Assembly (NCBI RefSeq): GCF_000143415.4 | Contig: NW_003314316.1 | Coordinates: 874,669 to 938,668, forward strand | Source of the DNA: Selaginella moellendorffii | Taxonomy: Eukaryota > Plantae > Lycopodiophyta | DNA length: 64,000 nt | Reading direction: 5' to 3' | Notes under the pieces: generated by a model | Databases searched by the model: none | What the model saw: only the letters and a program-made list of their open reading frames with translations | Told to the model about the DNA's origin: nothing | Made by a program: the position numbers and the translations under genes | Shown here: positions 1-11,833 of the stretch, piece by piece | How the letters are laid out: each line of letters opens with the position of its first letter | Numbering within the stretch: position 1 is the first letter of the stretch

Positions 1-1627
1 CAGACTGCGCAGCTGTATGTTGGGACCCCACGAAGGAAAGAAAGTGAAGACTTTCGTAAACACATAAGTTGCTGTATTACAAACTTAACCAATATTAGCC
101 ATCATTGGAAAATGAAAGAAGTTGGGTTGGGAGACTTGTCCTTGTTTGCTGCTGTTTGTATGTATGTGATTTAATAAGGCTGTCCTGTTTCTTTTGATAT
201 ACATATATCATTTCTTATTAGTTTTTTTTCTGGATCTGGCCTGGTCCTCTTGCTGCTCCTTCTGCTTCTGCTGCGGCTGCTGGAATGCCCTTTCAGGGCA
301 ACTTCTGTCCACTGGCTGGTTGATGATGGGTATATCACTGGTGGGTTTCCAAAAGAAATGCTACGGTTGTCGGGCAGAAGTTGCTGCAGTTGCCGAATCC
401 GTGCCATTGAATTTTGCTGATTACAACTCAATTACAGAGGGAAAAAGCATGAGCCTGACAGCATCTTAATCGATTGGCCGTGCACAGTTGCACAGTTACT
501 ATTTTGGCACGGGTTCTTGACTTTTGCAGTGGGATTTGAACTGGATGTGATCACGCATGGGTGAGAAAATTTGCAGCAATCCATCCGTTGACTCTTTCGC
601 AACTTCTCTAGGCGTTGTTTAAGCTAGATTTCTGTGTCGTTTCTCAGGTGACAGGAAAACAAAGCACGCAAGCAAGAAAGCGAGAAGAACAAGCAAATGA
701 GGGACAAAAGAACCACACACTGTGGCTTTTGTTTTTATCACACTATTACAATATTGGAGAAAGTGTTTTCAAATCGTTAATGATACTTAATTTCGCTTCT
801 GCAAGCCTTCGTGGAAGCACAAAAGCCCCACTCCCTCCAACATGGTTTGGGATTAGAGGCCGGTTCTTGTCGGAACATCGTCGAACTTACAAGAGACAAA
901 GCTGGAAGTTGGTTGTTTCGTGATCATGATCCCATAAGCAATGCCACTATAAAATTTGTATTCTTTCTGGTTACACAGTCCCAAAATACAAATTGTATAG
1001 GTTGATTCATCATCACCAGACTTTTGACCAGTTCTCGTGAGACAAAATCAAGTTTCATAAAAAAAAAATTAAAAATCATAATTTTCATCATGTTCTTCTT
1101 GTTTTGTTGATATGCGTCGTCTTCCACGTACGGAAGCGGGACATATCTCATCTAGCTGATGAAAGAGAGCGAGAGAGGAAGACAGCTTCAAATTTATTTT
1201 ATATTTTTAATTCTTCGATGGACAACAAGAGCGTTGATGATCTCTCTATCAATTAGCTTTTCATAGTTTCAAAAGTTACTTACTTGGAGTCAAACTGATG
1301 CCAAGTTGGAAAGTCTCCAGAAGTCAACATCATGAAACCCGAGTGGATATGACTGCTAGCTATATAGAATGGCATTCATCTTCTTGATCTTACATCTCTA
1401 TCTGGGGGCCACTCTTTGAAATCCCTTGGCTACAAAACCTCCAGCAGTCCTATGGACAGCTTGGCGCCTTGTCTCCTTCTGGAATTTTCTGTCATTATAG
1501 GTTAATATTATTACTGGTTTTAGAATTTCCATCATGTTTAGTAAAAATACACATTGTTCCATGTGTATAGTAACTGAGGGGGGAGGAATACCTTGGGTAG
1601 GGGGCATGGCAAAAAATTATATTTATA

Positions 1628-2643
1628 TTGCAATATATTTCAATTTAAAACACATGTGTGTTTGAATTGGTTATACACACATGTTTGACTCACAAAAAAA
1701 CCTTTCCACTTTTTATCAAAACATATATATATTAGCATGCACCACATATAGATTCTTAATCCATGTAAGTTTATTGTCACATTAGCATCTTCTTCTTGGC
1801 AAAATGATTAATTTATCAGCCTGATAGGAAGTGCAACTAAACTATGCATCATAGACACTACCCACAATTGGCAATAAGCCTCCACATATTGGTTAATATC
1901 CACTACCAGCTGCGCCAATTTAGTAACACCATTACCACACTAGAGTATTTGATTAGAGCTCCTGATATTGTGGGGGCACTAGGCATGCACTCACAATCTT
2001 TAACAGCTTCTAAAGTCTAGCTGATCTCTACAAGAATTGTGAATGTAGCATGTATTATGAAATGGTGCTCAAGCTCTTCACTAAGAACAATGGTTTGATC
2101 TAGGAGAGTAGAATCCCACAGTAGCAGTAGATATTGGATGAGGTTATCAACAAATAGACAAAGATTGTGGTATGGTGTGTTGAATGAGCTATAGTGTGAA
2201 ATCCTACTGTCAAAAAAGAGGAGATGGCATGGCTACACACGTGGCATGAAGTGTTTGTATATATGACATGCCTCCATGCACTTTGCATGTCCCATGCAAA
2301 TATTATAATGCACACAATCACTTTTAGATTGTTATTATAGCAATCAAAATATGATTCTGTGCATATTAATTTTGTATTAAATTAGAAAAAAAAATTATAT
2401 TCACACATGTGTAAATAAAAGATACACCAATAATATATTAGTTGCCAGGAGTGCTTTAATGGCTATCTATATGACTATATGGTTATATATAAAAAGAATA
2501 GTTACAAAGGAAGTACTTATAGACTATACTTGTAATATTTAAATCATCTTGCTATGTATTCTTGCCATTCTTGCCAAACTTAAAAAACAAAAAAGAAGAT
2601 GTTGATGTGGCAAATAAACTAACTTCATACATAGCCATGTATA

Positions 2644-2691
<48 letters not shown>

Positions 2692-2802
2692 TATATATAC
2701 GCCTAGAAATAAAAGTGGGAACCAAAAAATTATTTTATAAGCCATACCTGTTTGTTTAAAAAATTCAAATACATATGTGTTTTAAATTGATATATATTGC
2801 AG
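1628..2802. mobile_element. Non-autonomous TIR DNA transposon (~1.18 kb) flanked by TA
   Basis: 1628-1687 (TTGCAATATATTTCAATTTAAAACACATGTGTGTTTGAATT...) is the reverse complement of 2743-2802 with about 10 mismatches in 60 bp. TA lies immediately outside both ends. The interior has no intact ORF. Confidence 0.6.
2647..2699. repeat. (TA)n microsatellite
   Basis: Nearly perfect TA run; it produces the spurious YIYIYI ORFs. Confidence 0.95.
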
Positions 2803-3429
2803 TATAATAACAATGAATATTTCTGAGTACAAAATCCTCAAAAGCCAAACTTACCTTTATAGTGGCTTTAGAAACTAACCCTTAATCTTAAAACCTATTC
2901 TAGGTATAAGCCCATTTATATGCATAACAAATCTTGAGTTCAAATCCTATGAGCAAAGATTTAGGGTTTGATTCTTCTTATGGCTAATAGTAGTGAATAT
3001 ACTCTTTAGTAACTCTTAATACTCTTTAACAAAAAGATGGTAAATACATGACATTATCCCCCCCTCTAATGAGCATTGAGTGGTAATAAAAGTGGCTTAT
3101 GACCAGACTTAAATAGATATTACCAATGGAAATTCATAACTAACTCAGAAGCATGAGAAGCATGATTGCTAAAAGAATACTCAAGCTAGTCTACTAAATA
3201 ATAGAGCTTGCTCATTAACCTCTAAAAACTGCCAATGCCATAGTAAAACTTTCCACTAGTATGGGTAATTGCTATACTTTGCTCCATCTTAACAACACTC
3301 TTACACCCTCTCTTTAATATCTAAGAAACTTGAGTAGTCTACCAAACCCTAAATCAAAGGCAAGTGTTTAGTTTTATACTAATTAAAATGGTTTTTAGAG
3401 AAATACTTACGATACTAGTACTTTAAATC

Positions 3430-4575
3430 TGTAAGTGACTAAATTTTCCATTAGTATCTCCACATTATCAACTTTATAAGCTTATATCTACAATATATTC
3501 CACTTGTACATGTCTTTGCTAAAACCATGCTTTGCCATTTGTTATGTTAACTATTAGTGATGTCCATTTGTTTCATTAGTAGTCTAAAACTGCTCATACT
3601 ATCAACCTATTTTTCCAAAATCAGAACATCCATTCCATAAATGGTTATTATATAACCACATCTTAGCATCTTTAGAATGTCTAAGATATAAGGGAATACT
3701 ATCCTCCCATATCTTTTCTTTAATCCCCATTAAATCCTTTTCTAATCATAGTAATGTTTGCCAATATTGCCACTAGGTTAAGGCCTAAAGGCCCCATTAA
3801 CTCCCAACACATATAACCACACTTTTAGTTATTAAGCAAGAGGACCACGCCTTTGCATTTTCACAATTAAACATTTTGGGATGACATTTCAAAATAGCAT
3901 AGCCTAATGTGAGCCTTATAGGTATTCCCTCCACCTTCAGGCACAAAAGTGCCCCAAACACATAACTAGAGTAAGGNNNNNNNNNNNNNNNNNNNNNNNN
4001 NNNNNNNNNNNNNNNNNNNNNNNNNNNNNNNNNNNNNNNNNNNNNNNNNNNNNNNNNNNNNNNNNNNNNNNNNNNNTCTTGGATTCCTTAATATTTATAT
4101 CATCACTCACCACATAAGTATAGCCTTTCTTAGTCATATTGGTTTCTTAAAATCCTCCCTTTATTATCCTATAAAGATTTATCAAACCACATAGGAGACA
4201 ATTGCTTTGAGCTTTCATCCCATCCGTATATATATCTATATATATTTAACTCTAAATATATTTGATATTTTGAACACTTGGTTTCTTAGTAGGGCAAAAT
4301 GGTTTTGATATCATTCCACTTTAAATTTTTGGGTTTTAGGATTTTAGTCATGACATTTACATTTGTTATAACATTTGCCACATATTACTTAATTTTTTGT
4401 TCCTTTTTTAGAGACTCACTTATTGATTGCTTTGTGCTTATACTTTTAGTGCATTTTTGAAGTTCCATTCTTGCTCTCAATTTTTGCGTTGGAGATTTTT
4501 ATCCAAATGTATTACATTTATTGACTTTAAACTCTATTTTAGGATTTAAGGATTTTTCCATAGATAAAGTTCAAT
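3430..4575 (+). mobile_element. Degraded copy A of a ~1.8-kb LTR-like dispersed repeat (contains an assembly gap)
   Basis: Starts TGTAAGTGACTAAATTTTCCA, matching TGTAAGCGACTAAATTTTCCA at 5915. 3640-3976 aligns with ~6230-6710, and 4380-4575 aligns with ~7510-7745. Confidence 0.6.
3977..4076. other. Assembly gap (100 N)
   Basis: Run of N. Confidence 0.99.
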
Positions 4576-6423
4576 GTCTTCATCAAATAATAACCTATTT
4601 TTTTAAGTAACACTATCATGAATCATCATTTCTCTTTAGCACATTAACAGTTTCACACATAAAACTCATTATACCTTATACATCCTTATACACGCTTTAA
4701 CTTACAAGTTTAGCCTCTCACTCATAAGGGTTCCCTCTTTCCATAGGTTTAGATCCCATTAGAGATACTTTCATTATCTTTATTTCACTATCCACTCTAA
4801 AGTAGTTTTAAACTATACTACTGTAAGTATTAGATATATGAGACATTAGTGTGTGACTGAGAAGTTTGACATGTGACTCTTTGATTCAATTTTGTAGATG
4901 TTATTGACATTTTCCTATTTGCTATATACACTTTATTTCTCCATTTTGGGAAGTTTCTTACTTGAAGAACTTTATTGCCTTTCGATACTTTGTATTTAGT
5001 CATTTGATCTTTTTACCTTAAGATATTTTATCCTTTTTAGGTTTATTAGGGTTACTTATAACCTTATCATTTGCTACATTATTATTGCATCTTTTGGTGG
5101 AGTATAGGGCTTTCCTTCCTTTAGAAACTTATGATTTTTCCCATATATTTGTTAACACCCATCCCTTAGTGGTTTCTCTCTTAGTTTATCATTTAAATTT
5201 GCTATTATATCATTCTTGACTACTTGTATTTTATTTCTATTATATGTGTTGTAACTAGCAATATAAAATCACCACCTCCATCCTTAGGGACATTCTTTAT
5301 TTCATAACAAAGACTCTACTTTGTAATATTTTATAAAGTATTCACCCCTTAATAAATCTTGCCATTATTCATAACCCAACCTTTCATAAGTCCTTCCCTA
5401 GAAACTACTTTTTGGAATTCATAATATCAATATATTGTATTGATTATTTCACTTTAAGTGTTTTTGCCACTTAGTCATCGTAACCAATTTACACTATCAC
5501 CAATTATTCAAATCACTACTTTGAACTAAGAATCTTGTTTTGTAACTTTGCAAAGAACTTGTAATTGACCAGCTATAGGATTATGTTATGATCCCATATA
5601 GCCACCTCAACATATTCATCCATTAATATTAAATTTACTTGATCGTTTAATTGTTGACCATGACTTTAAGGGCATCCCCCACACTCTTTCTGGCCAAGGG
5701 TCCATGGCAATTGAGATTAAGTATCTTCACTACATCTTTGACATCATTGATATTAGAGTATTTTGTAAACTTCTAGATTTGGACTAAAGTTTACATTTGG
5801 TATTAGAGTGGTCTTGGGTTTGAGTCTATTGATTGGCTAAGGGAACCACATCATATATTAATTGACATTTGGTAGGTTTAGTTTGCTTTGGCTAGACTCG
5901 ACCTAAGAGGTAGGTGTAAGCGACTAAATTTTCCATTTTATTTTTGTCAATTAACCACACCTTTGACCACTTGAAAGAGTCTCACTTAAAATCTCTATAA
6001 ATCTTATTCCCAACTTAGGGATATACTAGCCCCAAAAATAGCATATATGCCACTCAGTCTTTGCACTTGGTCTAAGTGCTCCACATGTCTAATCCTATAA
6101 TAAACACCTTAAAAGTACTATTGAGATATTAACCCAAGGCTATGTCCATTTATCCTTGTCTTATTGATAATCCTAAACCACCTATACCATAGTCTCATCT
6201 CTCAAAGACTATACCATCCATCCATGAGGGGTCATCCCAAACCACATCTTGGCATCTTTAGGATGCTCAAAAATAGGGGGAACACCCTTCCCTAATATCC
6301 CTTCTTTAGTTCTCATAAAGTTCTTTTCCATCCACAGTTGTACTTGCTAACACCGCCACTAGGTTAGGGCTTGAAGGCCAAATCACTAAGTCCTACTGAC
6401 CTTTGGGACTTCCTCACCATTGA

Positions 6424-6523
6424 NNNNNNNNNNNNNNNNNNNNNNNNNNNNNNNNNNNNNNNNNNNNNNNNNNNNNNNNNNNNNNNNNNNNNNNNNNNNN
6501 NNNNNNNNNNNNNNNNNNNNNNN
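6424..6523. other. Assembly gap (100 N)
   Basis: Run of N. Confidence 0.99.
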
Positions 6524-6959
6524 AATGTACCGCCTAGCCTACCAACGCAGACGCCTCGTTAGTCACACTACATATGAGGATTGTTCATTTTCCTTTCCAC
6601 AATTTAGGATTTTAGGATGACATTTCGAAACACCATAGCCCTATACAGGCTTCATGGGTACTTTCCCCACCTTTTGCTTTTGGGTGCCCTAGCCATATAG
6701 TTAGAGTGAGGTTCCAATGAGCCTCGTTAAGTATCCAAGTAGGTAGTGCCACCCACATTTAGATTGGGAATATTGACTATTCGATTTCTTAGGGAAGCTA
6801 AAGTCGACTTTTGAACACTTCACCAAGCTACTTGATTTGTTTGTCCATATTCACTCTAGTTTTAAACTCCTCAATAGATATATTATCACCCAACACATGG
6901 GTATAGCTTTCCTTGGTCACACTAGCCTTTCCTAGCTAGTGATGATTTTTTTGGGCTTT

Positions 6960-7500
6960 CACTCTCAAACTCAAACTTAGACTCAAACTTGGATTTAAAC
7001 TCAAACTTGGTCTCAGACTTAGTCTCGATCTCAATCTCGGTCTTAGTCTCTTTCTCAGCTTTGACCTCAGACTCCATCCCAAGTCCATCTCATACTTGAC
7101 CTCAGACTCCATCTTGGGTCTATCTCGAACTCCATCTTAGGTCCATCTCAAATTCCATTTCAAATCCATCTCAGACTCCATCTTGGGTCCATCTCAAGTC
7201 CATCTCAAATCCATATTGGACTCCATCTCAGACTCCATCTTGGGTCCATCTCAAGTCCATCTCAAATCCATATTGGACTTCATCTCAGACTCCATCTTAG
7301 GTCTATCTCAAGTCCATCTCAAATCCATATTGGACTCTATCTCAAACTCCATCTCAAATTCATCTCAAGTCCCTATCAAACTCCATCTTGGACTCCATCT
7401 TAAGTTCATCTCAAACTCTATCTCAGGTCAACCTCGGATCCATATCGAACTCCATCTTAAACTCTATTTCAAACTCTTTCTTGGACTCTTTTTCAAATTT
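6960..7500. repeat. Degenerate 6-bp then 12-bp (GACTCCATCTCG-like) tandem array inside repeat copy B
   Basis: Recurring units such as AACTCCATCTCA and GACTCCATCTTG, with a higher-order 57-bp repetition at ~7160-7350. Confidence 0.85.
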
Positions 7501-7804
7501 GTTCCTGCATGACATTTGCCATAAGTCAGTCCTTCTTATGCCCCTTTTTAAAGACTCATTCACCAATTGTTTAATGCTCATTCCTCAAGCATTTCATTTG
7601 GAGTTCCACTCCCACTATTGACTTTTCAAGTTGGAGCTTTTGGTTTAAACATATTACGCTTGTTGGACTTCCACTTCAACCACTACTATATGACACCCTT
7701 TCTGTTCCATTTTGAGGCTTAGAGATTTGTGTCTCAGAATAAAGTGTCAAGAGAGTGGGGGTTTTAGATGTGACTTTTAACTTTCATTCATAAGGGCGTC
7801 AACT

Positions 7805-7984
7805 TGTAAAGAAACATGATTTGCAATTAAAGAGAATGATTTGATCCATAAGGTTCAAATGTAAAGGGAAAGAATTTATGAATAAAAGCGCACTCTCTTT
7901 TCCAATTAATTAAAGGTTTTTGGATATTTAGGGTTAAGTGTCTTCTAAGTGACCTCTTGAAAGGTCTAAATCCAAGAGTTTACA
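7805..7984 (+). mobile_element. Degraded Cassandra-type (5S-bearing) solo LTR with an internal deletion
   Basis: TGTAAA...TTTACA ends. Colinear with the reverse complement of 9182-9375 (ATGAATAAAAGCGCACTCTCTTTTCCAAT...GGGTTAAGTGTCTT...GTGACCTC). The 5S intermediate element is deleted. Flanks CAACT/CAAAT are a near-match 5-bp TSD. Confidence 0.7.
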
Positions 7985-8964
7985 CAAATCCTTCTAAGAA
8001 GTTTAAATCTAGAAGTTTACATATTCCAATTAAATATGCTAGATTTTCAAATCAAACACACTAATTGTAAACCACAACTTTAGGGCATCCCTCATTTGAT
8101 AGTATGCCCAAGCTAACCTCCTTACTGAGAGTCTATAACTATTGAAAAATAAATACTTTTATATTCTAAACTATCACTATGCCATAATGCCTTTATATTA
8201 CTAGAGATTTTGGACTCTAACCCAGCTTTTGTATATGCATCTGTCACACATAATGCCTAATATTACTCCCCACACCAAATTTATACCTATACTAATTAGC
8301 TTATCTTTCATATGAGTGCTATGGGTCATAAATTAAGAATCTTATTCATCCCAACTTCTAAATTATCTCATTTGACAAGCTAAGTGATTAAGCTATAATC
8401 ATGTATAGATTCCTTTATATTTGGCTTCATAGGCCTCTCTTATGAAGTAAATTGTTTACCTAAAAACACTATTCTTCTGAATTGCTAATCCCATTTAACA
8501 AGTCACCCAACCAATATAATCTGGTTCTACACATAAGCATGTGAGTCCTCAAATTAGTTTATTTGAATGTTATTAACTTTTATTCAAAGCCATCCTTTTG
8601 AAAATATAGGAATTACTTCCCCAACCTTGATATCCTTACTTTATGACAAGCTTGAAAACTACGCTTCTATTGTGTTATTTTAATTTTGTGCATACTTATG
8701 AACTATTTATACTCAACTTCTTAAATATCGACTTACTATGAAACACAAATCCCTAAGCCCCAAAGTGGAGCCGAAAGGGTGCCACGTGGTAGTGGCCAAA
8801 GCGAAAGCCAAACAAACATAACACGTTTGGACCAAAAACTCTAACTTGAAAAGTCAAGAGTAGGAGTGGAACTCCAATGAAGTGCTCGAGGAATAAGTAC
8901 AAAGCGACCAATAAGTGAGTCTCTAGAAAAAGGGCATAAGAGGACCAACACATGACACGGGGAA

Positions 8965-9685
8965 GTGTTCGAGATGGAATATGAGAAAGAGTCTAAGATG
9001 GAATCCAAGATGGACCCGAAATGGAGTCCGAAATGGAGTTTGAGATGGATCCAAGATGGAGTCAAAGATGGACCCGAGATTGAGTCTGACAAAGACCTGA
9101 TATGGAGTCCGAGATGGGCCTAAGATGGACCCGAGATGGAGTCCAAGATGGATCTGAGATGGAGTTCGAGATGGACCCGAGTGTAAGCTCCTGAGTTTGG
9201 ACTTCCCGGGAGGTCACCCAGCCTAGTACTATTCAAACCCAAGGACACTTAACCCCAAATATCCCAAGACCCTTAACCGATTGGAAAAGAGGGTGCACTC
9301 TTATTCATGGGCCCTTTCCCTCTATATTTGAACCCCATGGACCGTCTTTCGAGTCGTTCCCTTTGGTTGCTTACACCGAGATGGAGTTCGAGATGGACCC
9401 AAGATGGAGTCTGAGATAGAGTTCGAGATGGAGTCCGAGATGGAGTTCGATATGGGCCCGAAATGGAGTCCGAGATGGACCCGAGATGGAGTCCGAGATG
9501 GCCCCGAGATAAAGTCTGAGATGGAGTTTGAGATGGAGTCCAAGATGGACTCGAGATGGAGTTCGAGATGGAACCGAAACCGAAACCGAAACCAAGACCG
9601 AGATTGAGACTAAGATTGAATTTGAATCCGAGTCCGAGATCGAGACCAAGTTCGAGTCCGAGTCTAAGTCTAAGCCCGAAGCCTA
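8965..9685. repeat. 12-bp (GAGATGGAGTCC) and 6-bp (CCGAAA/CCGAGT) tandem arrays inside repeat copy C
   Basis: Visible periodicity, interrupted by the insertion at 9182-9375 and followed by a poly-G run at ~9703-9722. Confidence 0.9.
9182..9375 (-). mobile_element. Cassandra-type TRIM solo LTR (194 bp) carrying a 5S rRNA-derived Pol III internal promoter
   Basis: Terminal inverted TGTAAGC...GCTTACA and a perfect 5-bp TSD CCGAG (9177-9181, 9376-9380). The minus strand of ~9199-9254 reads GTTAAGTGTCCTTGGGTTTGAATAGTACTAGGCTGGGTGACCTCCCGGGAAGTCC, which matches the A-box/IE/C-box half of plant 5S rRNA. Confidence 0.9.
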
Positions 9686-11833
9686 AAGCAATCATCCCCC
9701 CACGGGGGGGGGGGGGGGGGGGTGGCGTGCTGTGGGGGGTTCCAAAATCCAAAAGTATAATAGGGAGAGTGTGGGGGTTGGACCCTAGTGTTAGTTTGGC
9801 CAGAAAAGGCCAGTTTGGCCCAAGAAGGCTATACTTAGCTGTTGGGTAATGAGATAACCACTAGGAAGTCCAAAGCTAAAGTGAATACAGACTGATAAAT
9901 GGGGTAGTTTAGTGAAGTGTTCAAAAGTTGGTTTTAGTTCCCCTAGAGATTGAATAGTTGATGCTCCCAATCCAAGTGTGGTTGGCACTACCTACTTAGA
10001 TACCTGGTGTGGTTCAATAGAACTTTGCTCTAAGCCCATGGCTAAAGCACCCAAAGGCGGAAGGTGGGGAGAGTATCCATAAGGCTTACATAGGGCCACG
10101 GTATTCTGAAATGTTATCCCAAAGTCCCAAACTATGGAAAGGAAGAAGAATGGTCCTTTGGTGTAGTGACCAAGGATATGGTCATGTTGTGAGGAAGTCC
10201 TAGAGGATAGTGAGACTTAGTGGTCAGGCCTGTGAACCTTGTCCTAATGGTAGTGTTGGCGAATATGGCTATGGACAAAAAAGGGATGTGGTAAGGATTG
10301 TAAAAAGGATATGGAGAAAAGTTGTTCCCCATGTTTGCGGGCATCTTAAGGATGCTAAGGAGTGGATCTAAGATGGTCACTCATGGATGGATGGCCTAGT
10401 CTTTGAGAAATGGGACTGTGATGCAGGTGGTGTTAAACCACCAGTGTGACCAAGGTGAATGAGTATGGTCTTAGCATAACAGGCAAATATGTCGGTGGTA
10501 CCTTGGGGTGTTGGTCATGGGATTGGACATGTGGAGCACTTGGACCAAGTGCAAAGGTTGAATGGCATGGATGCCATTTTTGGGGCTAGTAAACCTTAAG
10601 TCCTGAATTGGACTTATGGAGGTTGTGAATGAGACTTCTTCAAGTGGTCAGAAGTGTGGTTAAATGACTAAACAAGTATTATACTTAATGACTTAGGGAG
10701 GATTAATTTGTAATCCCATACACTAAAATTAATATTACTATTTATGAAACCCTTGTATGCCCATTGCTAATAGTGTTGGAATATTTGCTGAATAAAACTT
10801 CCTCTAGCTTTAGCTTTCTTTAACTTTAACACCTCTTATTGCCTTATCTGATACCTTTTTAATACTAACCTGTGTTTTATGTGTATATTAAACCTCTTTA
10901 TCCCAATAAAAAGTCTAGGGAAATTAGCTTTCACCATTTTAATCAATTTTATTAAACTTATCTTAAAGTTATTATGTTTTATAACTCATTGCCATACCTT
11001 CGTATTTGGTCAAAATATTTTATTTTTATACCTTCTAGCTTAGGCTATGCCATGTGTTAAACACTTTATATACAATCTTTAAAACCCTACTTTTAAATGA
11101 GCTTTGAAAACTAATATAGTCAAACCTCAACTAATTCAGAAACTTAATTTGGGTTTTATACTAATATAAAATGCCCATCCATATGCAATCAGTCTTGAGT
11201 TCAAATCTTATAAATAGGCATTTAGTTTAATTTCTGTTTTGAGTGAATATAACCCCCCTTCCACCCCATCAACATCTGCATGGGTCACAATACATATCCT
11301 TGTTAATCCAAATGATATAAATTCCAACTTATATGTTCAAGTTTAGTAATTATTTGAAGGTGGTGTTTTTTAATCAAAACTCAGGAAAGGCTATTTATTA
11401 CCATTCTAAAAGCTCAATTTTAAATGAAATATATTTTAATTTAGGACTGGCATAGAATGCTAGGCTTAACTAAATTAGGCTCAGTCCAATCTGAACCATT
11501 CAAGATTTTTACCAATCAATCTGAACCATTTAGTATTTGTACAAATAATGACCTTCCAGTGATTCTTATAAAGTTATTTTCACTATAAGAATACATGTTT
11601 TTTAGGTAGTGTTTTATTTGAAACTTTTCCACCCTTAGGGTCAACAGGTGAATGGATTAGGAGTAACCCCAGTTTGTGTTGCAAAAGCCCAAAAACATGT
11701 ATTATTATTATACTACTTTGAAATGGAAAAAATATGTATGATTATTATACGCAAAACTTTTGTTTTTAAGAAAATGACCTAAAAGGAACAAAAGCTCCTA
11801 TTTTAGCGCTTTAGGGCTTTGTTCCTTTCAGGT

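Larger units (their letters stand above)
5915..7749 (+). mobile_element. Copy B of the ~1.8-kb LTR-like repeat (probable retrotransposon LTR)
   Basis: Begins TGTAAG after a purine tract (AAGAGGTAGG) and plausibly ends ...GTGTCA. Homologous to copy A (direct) and copy C (inverted). Contains 6-bp and 12-bp tandem arrays. Confidence 0.6.
8725..10672 (-). mobile_element. Copy C of the ~1.8-kb LTR-like repeat, inverted relative to A and B
   Basis: The reverse complement of 8725-8960 aligns with 7505-7745, and that of 9790-10672 aligns with 5940-6940. It carries the same 12-bp and 6-bp arrays. Confidence 0.7.

Noticed and set aside
1-1610. Short ORFs on both strands (171-431, 924-1151, 1398-1607)
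   Set aside because: No recognisable domain, in-frame stops nearby and no consistent exon chain. Possibly decayed coding sequence, but I cannot support a call.
9199-9254. 5S rRNA gene
   Set aside because: Only the internal promoter half is present, embedded in a TG...CA element with a TSD. There is no 5' half, T-run terminator or tandem array.
8965-9685. CRISPR-like appearance of the short repeat arrays
   Set aside because: The units are contiguous without unique spacers, there are no cas genes, and the sequence is eukaryotic.
7183-9849. SISD/MESE/PK-repeat ORFs
   Set aside because: Translations of 6- and 12-bp tandem arrays in the LTR-like repeat; open in several frames on both strands.
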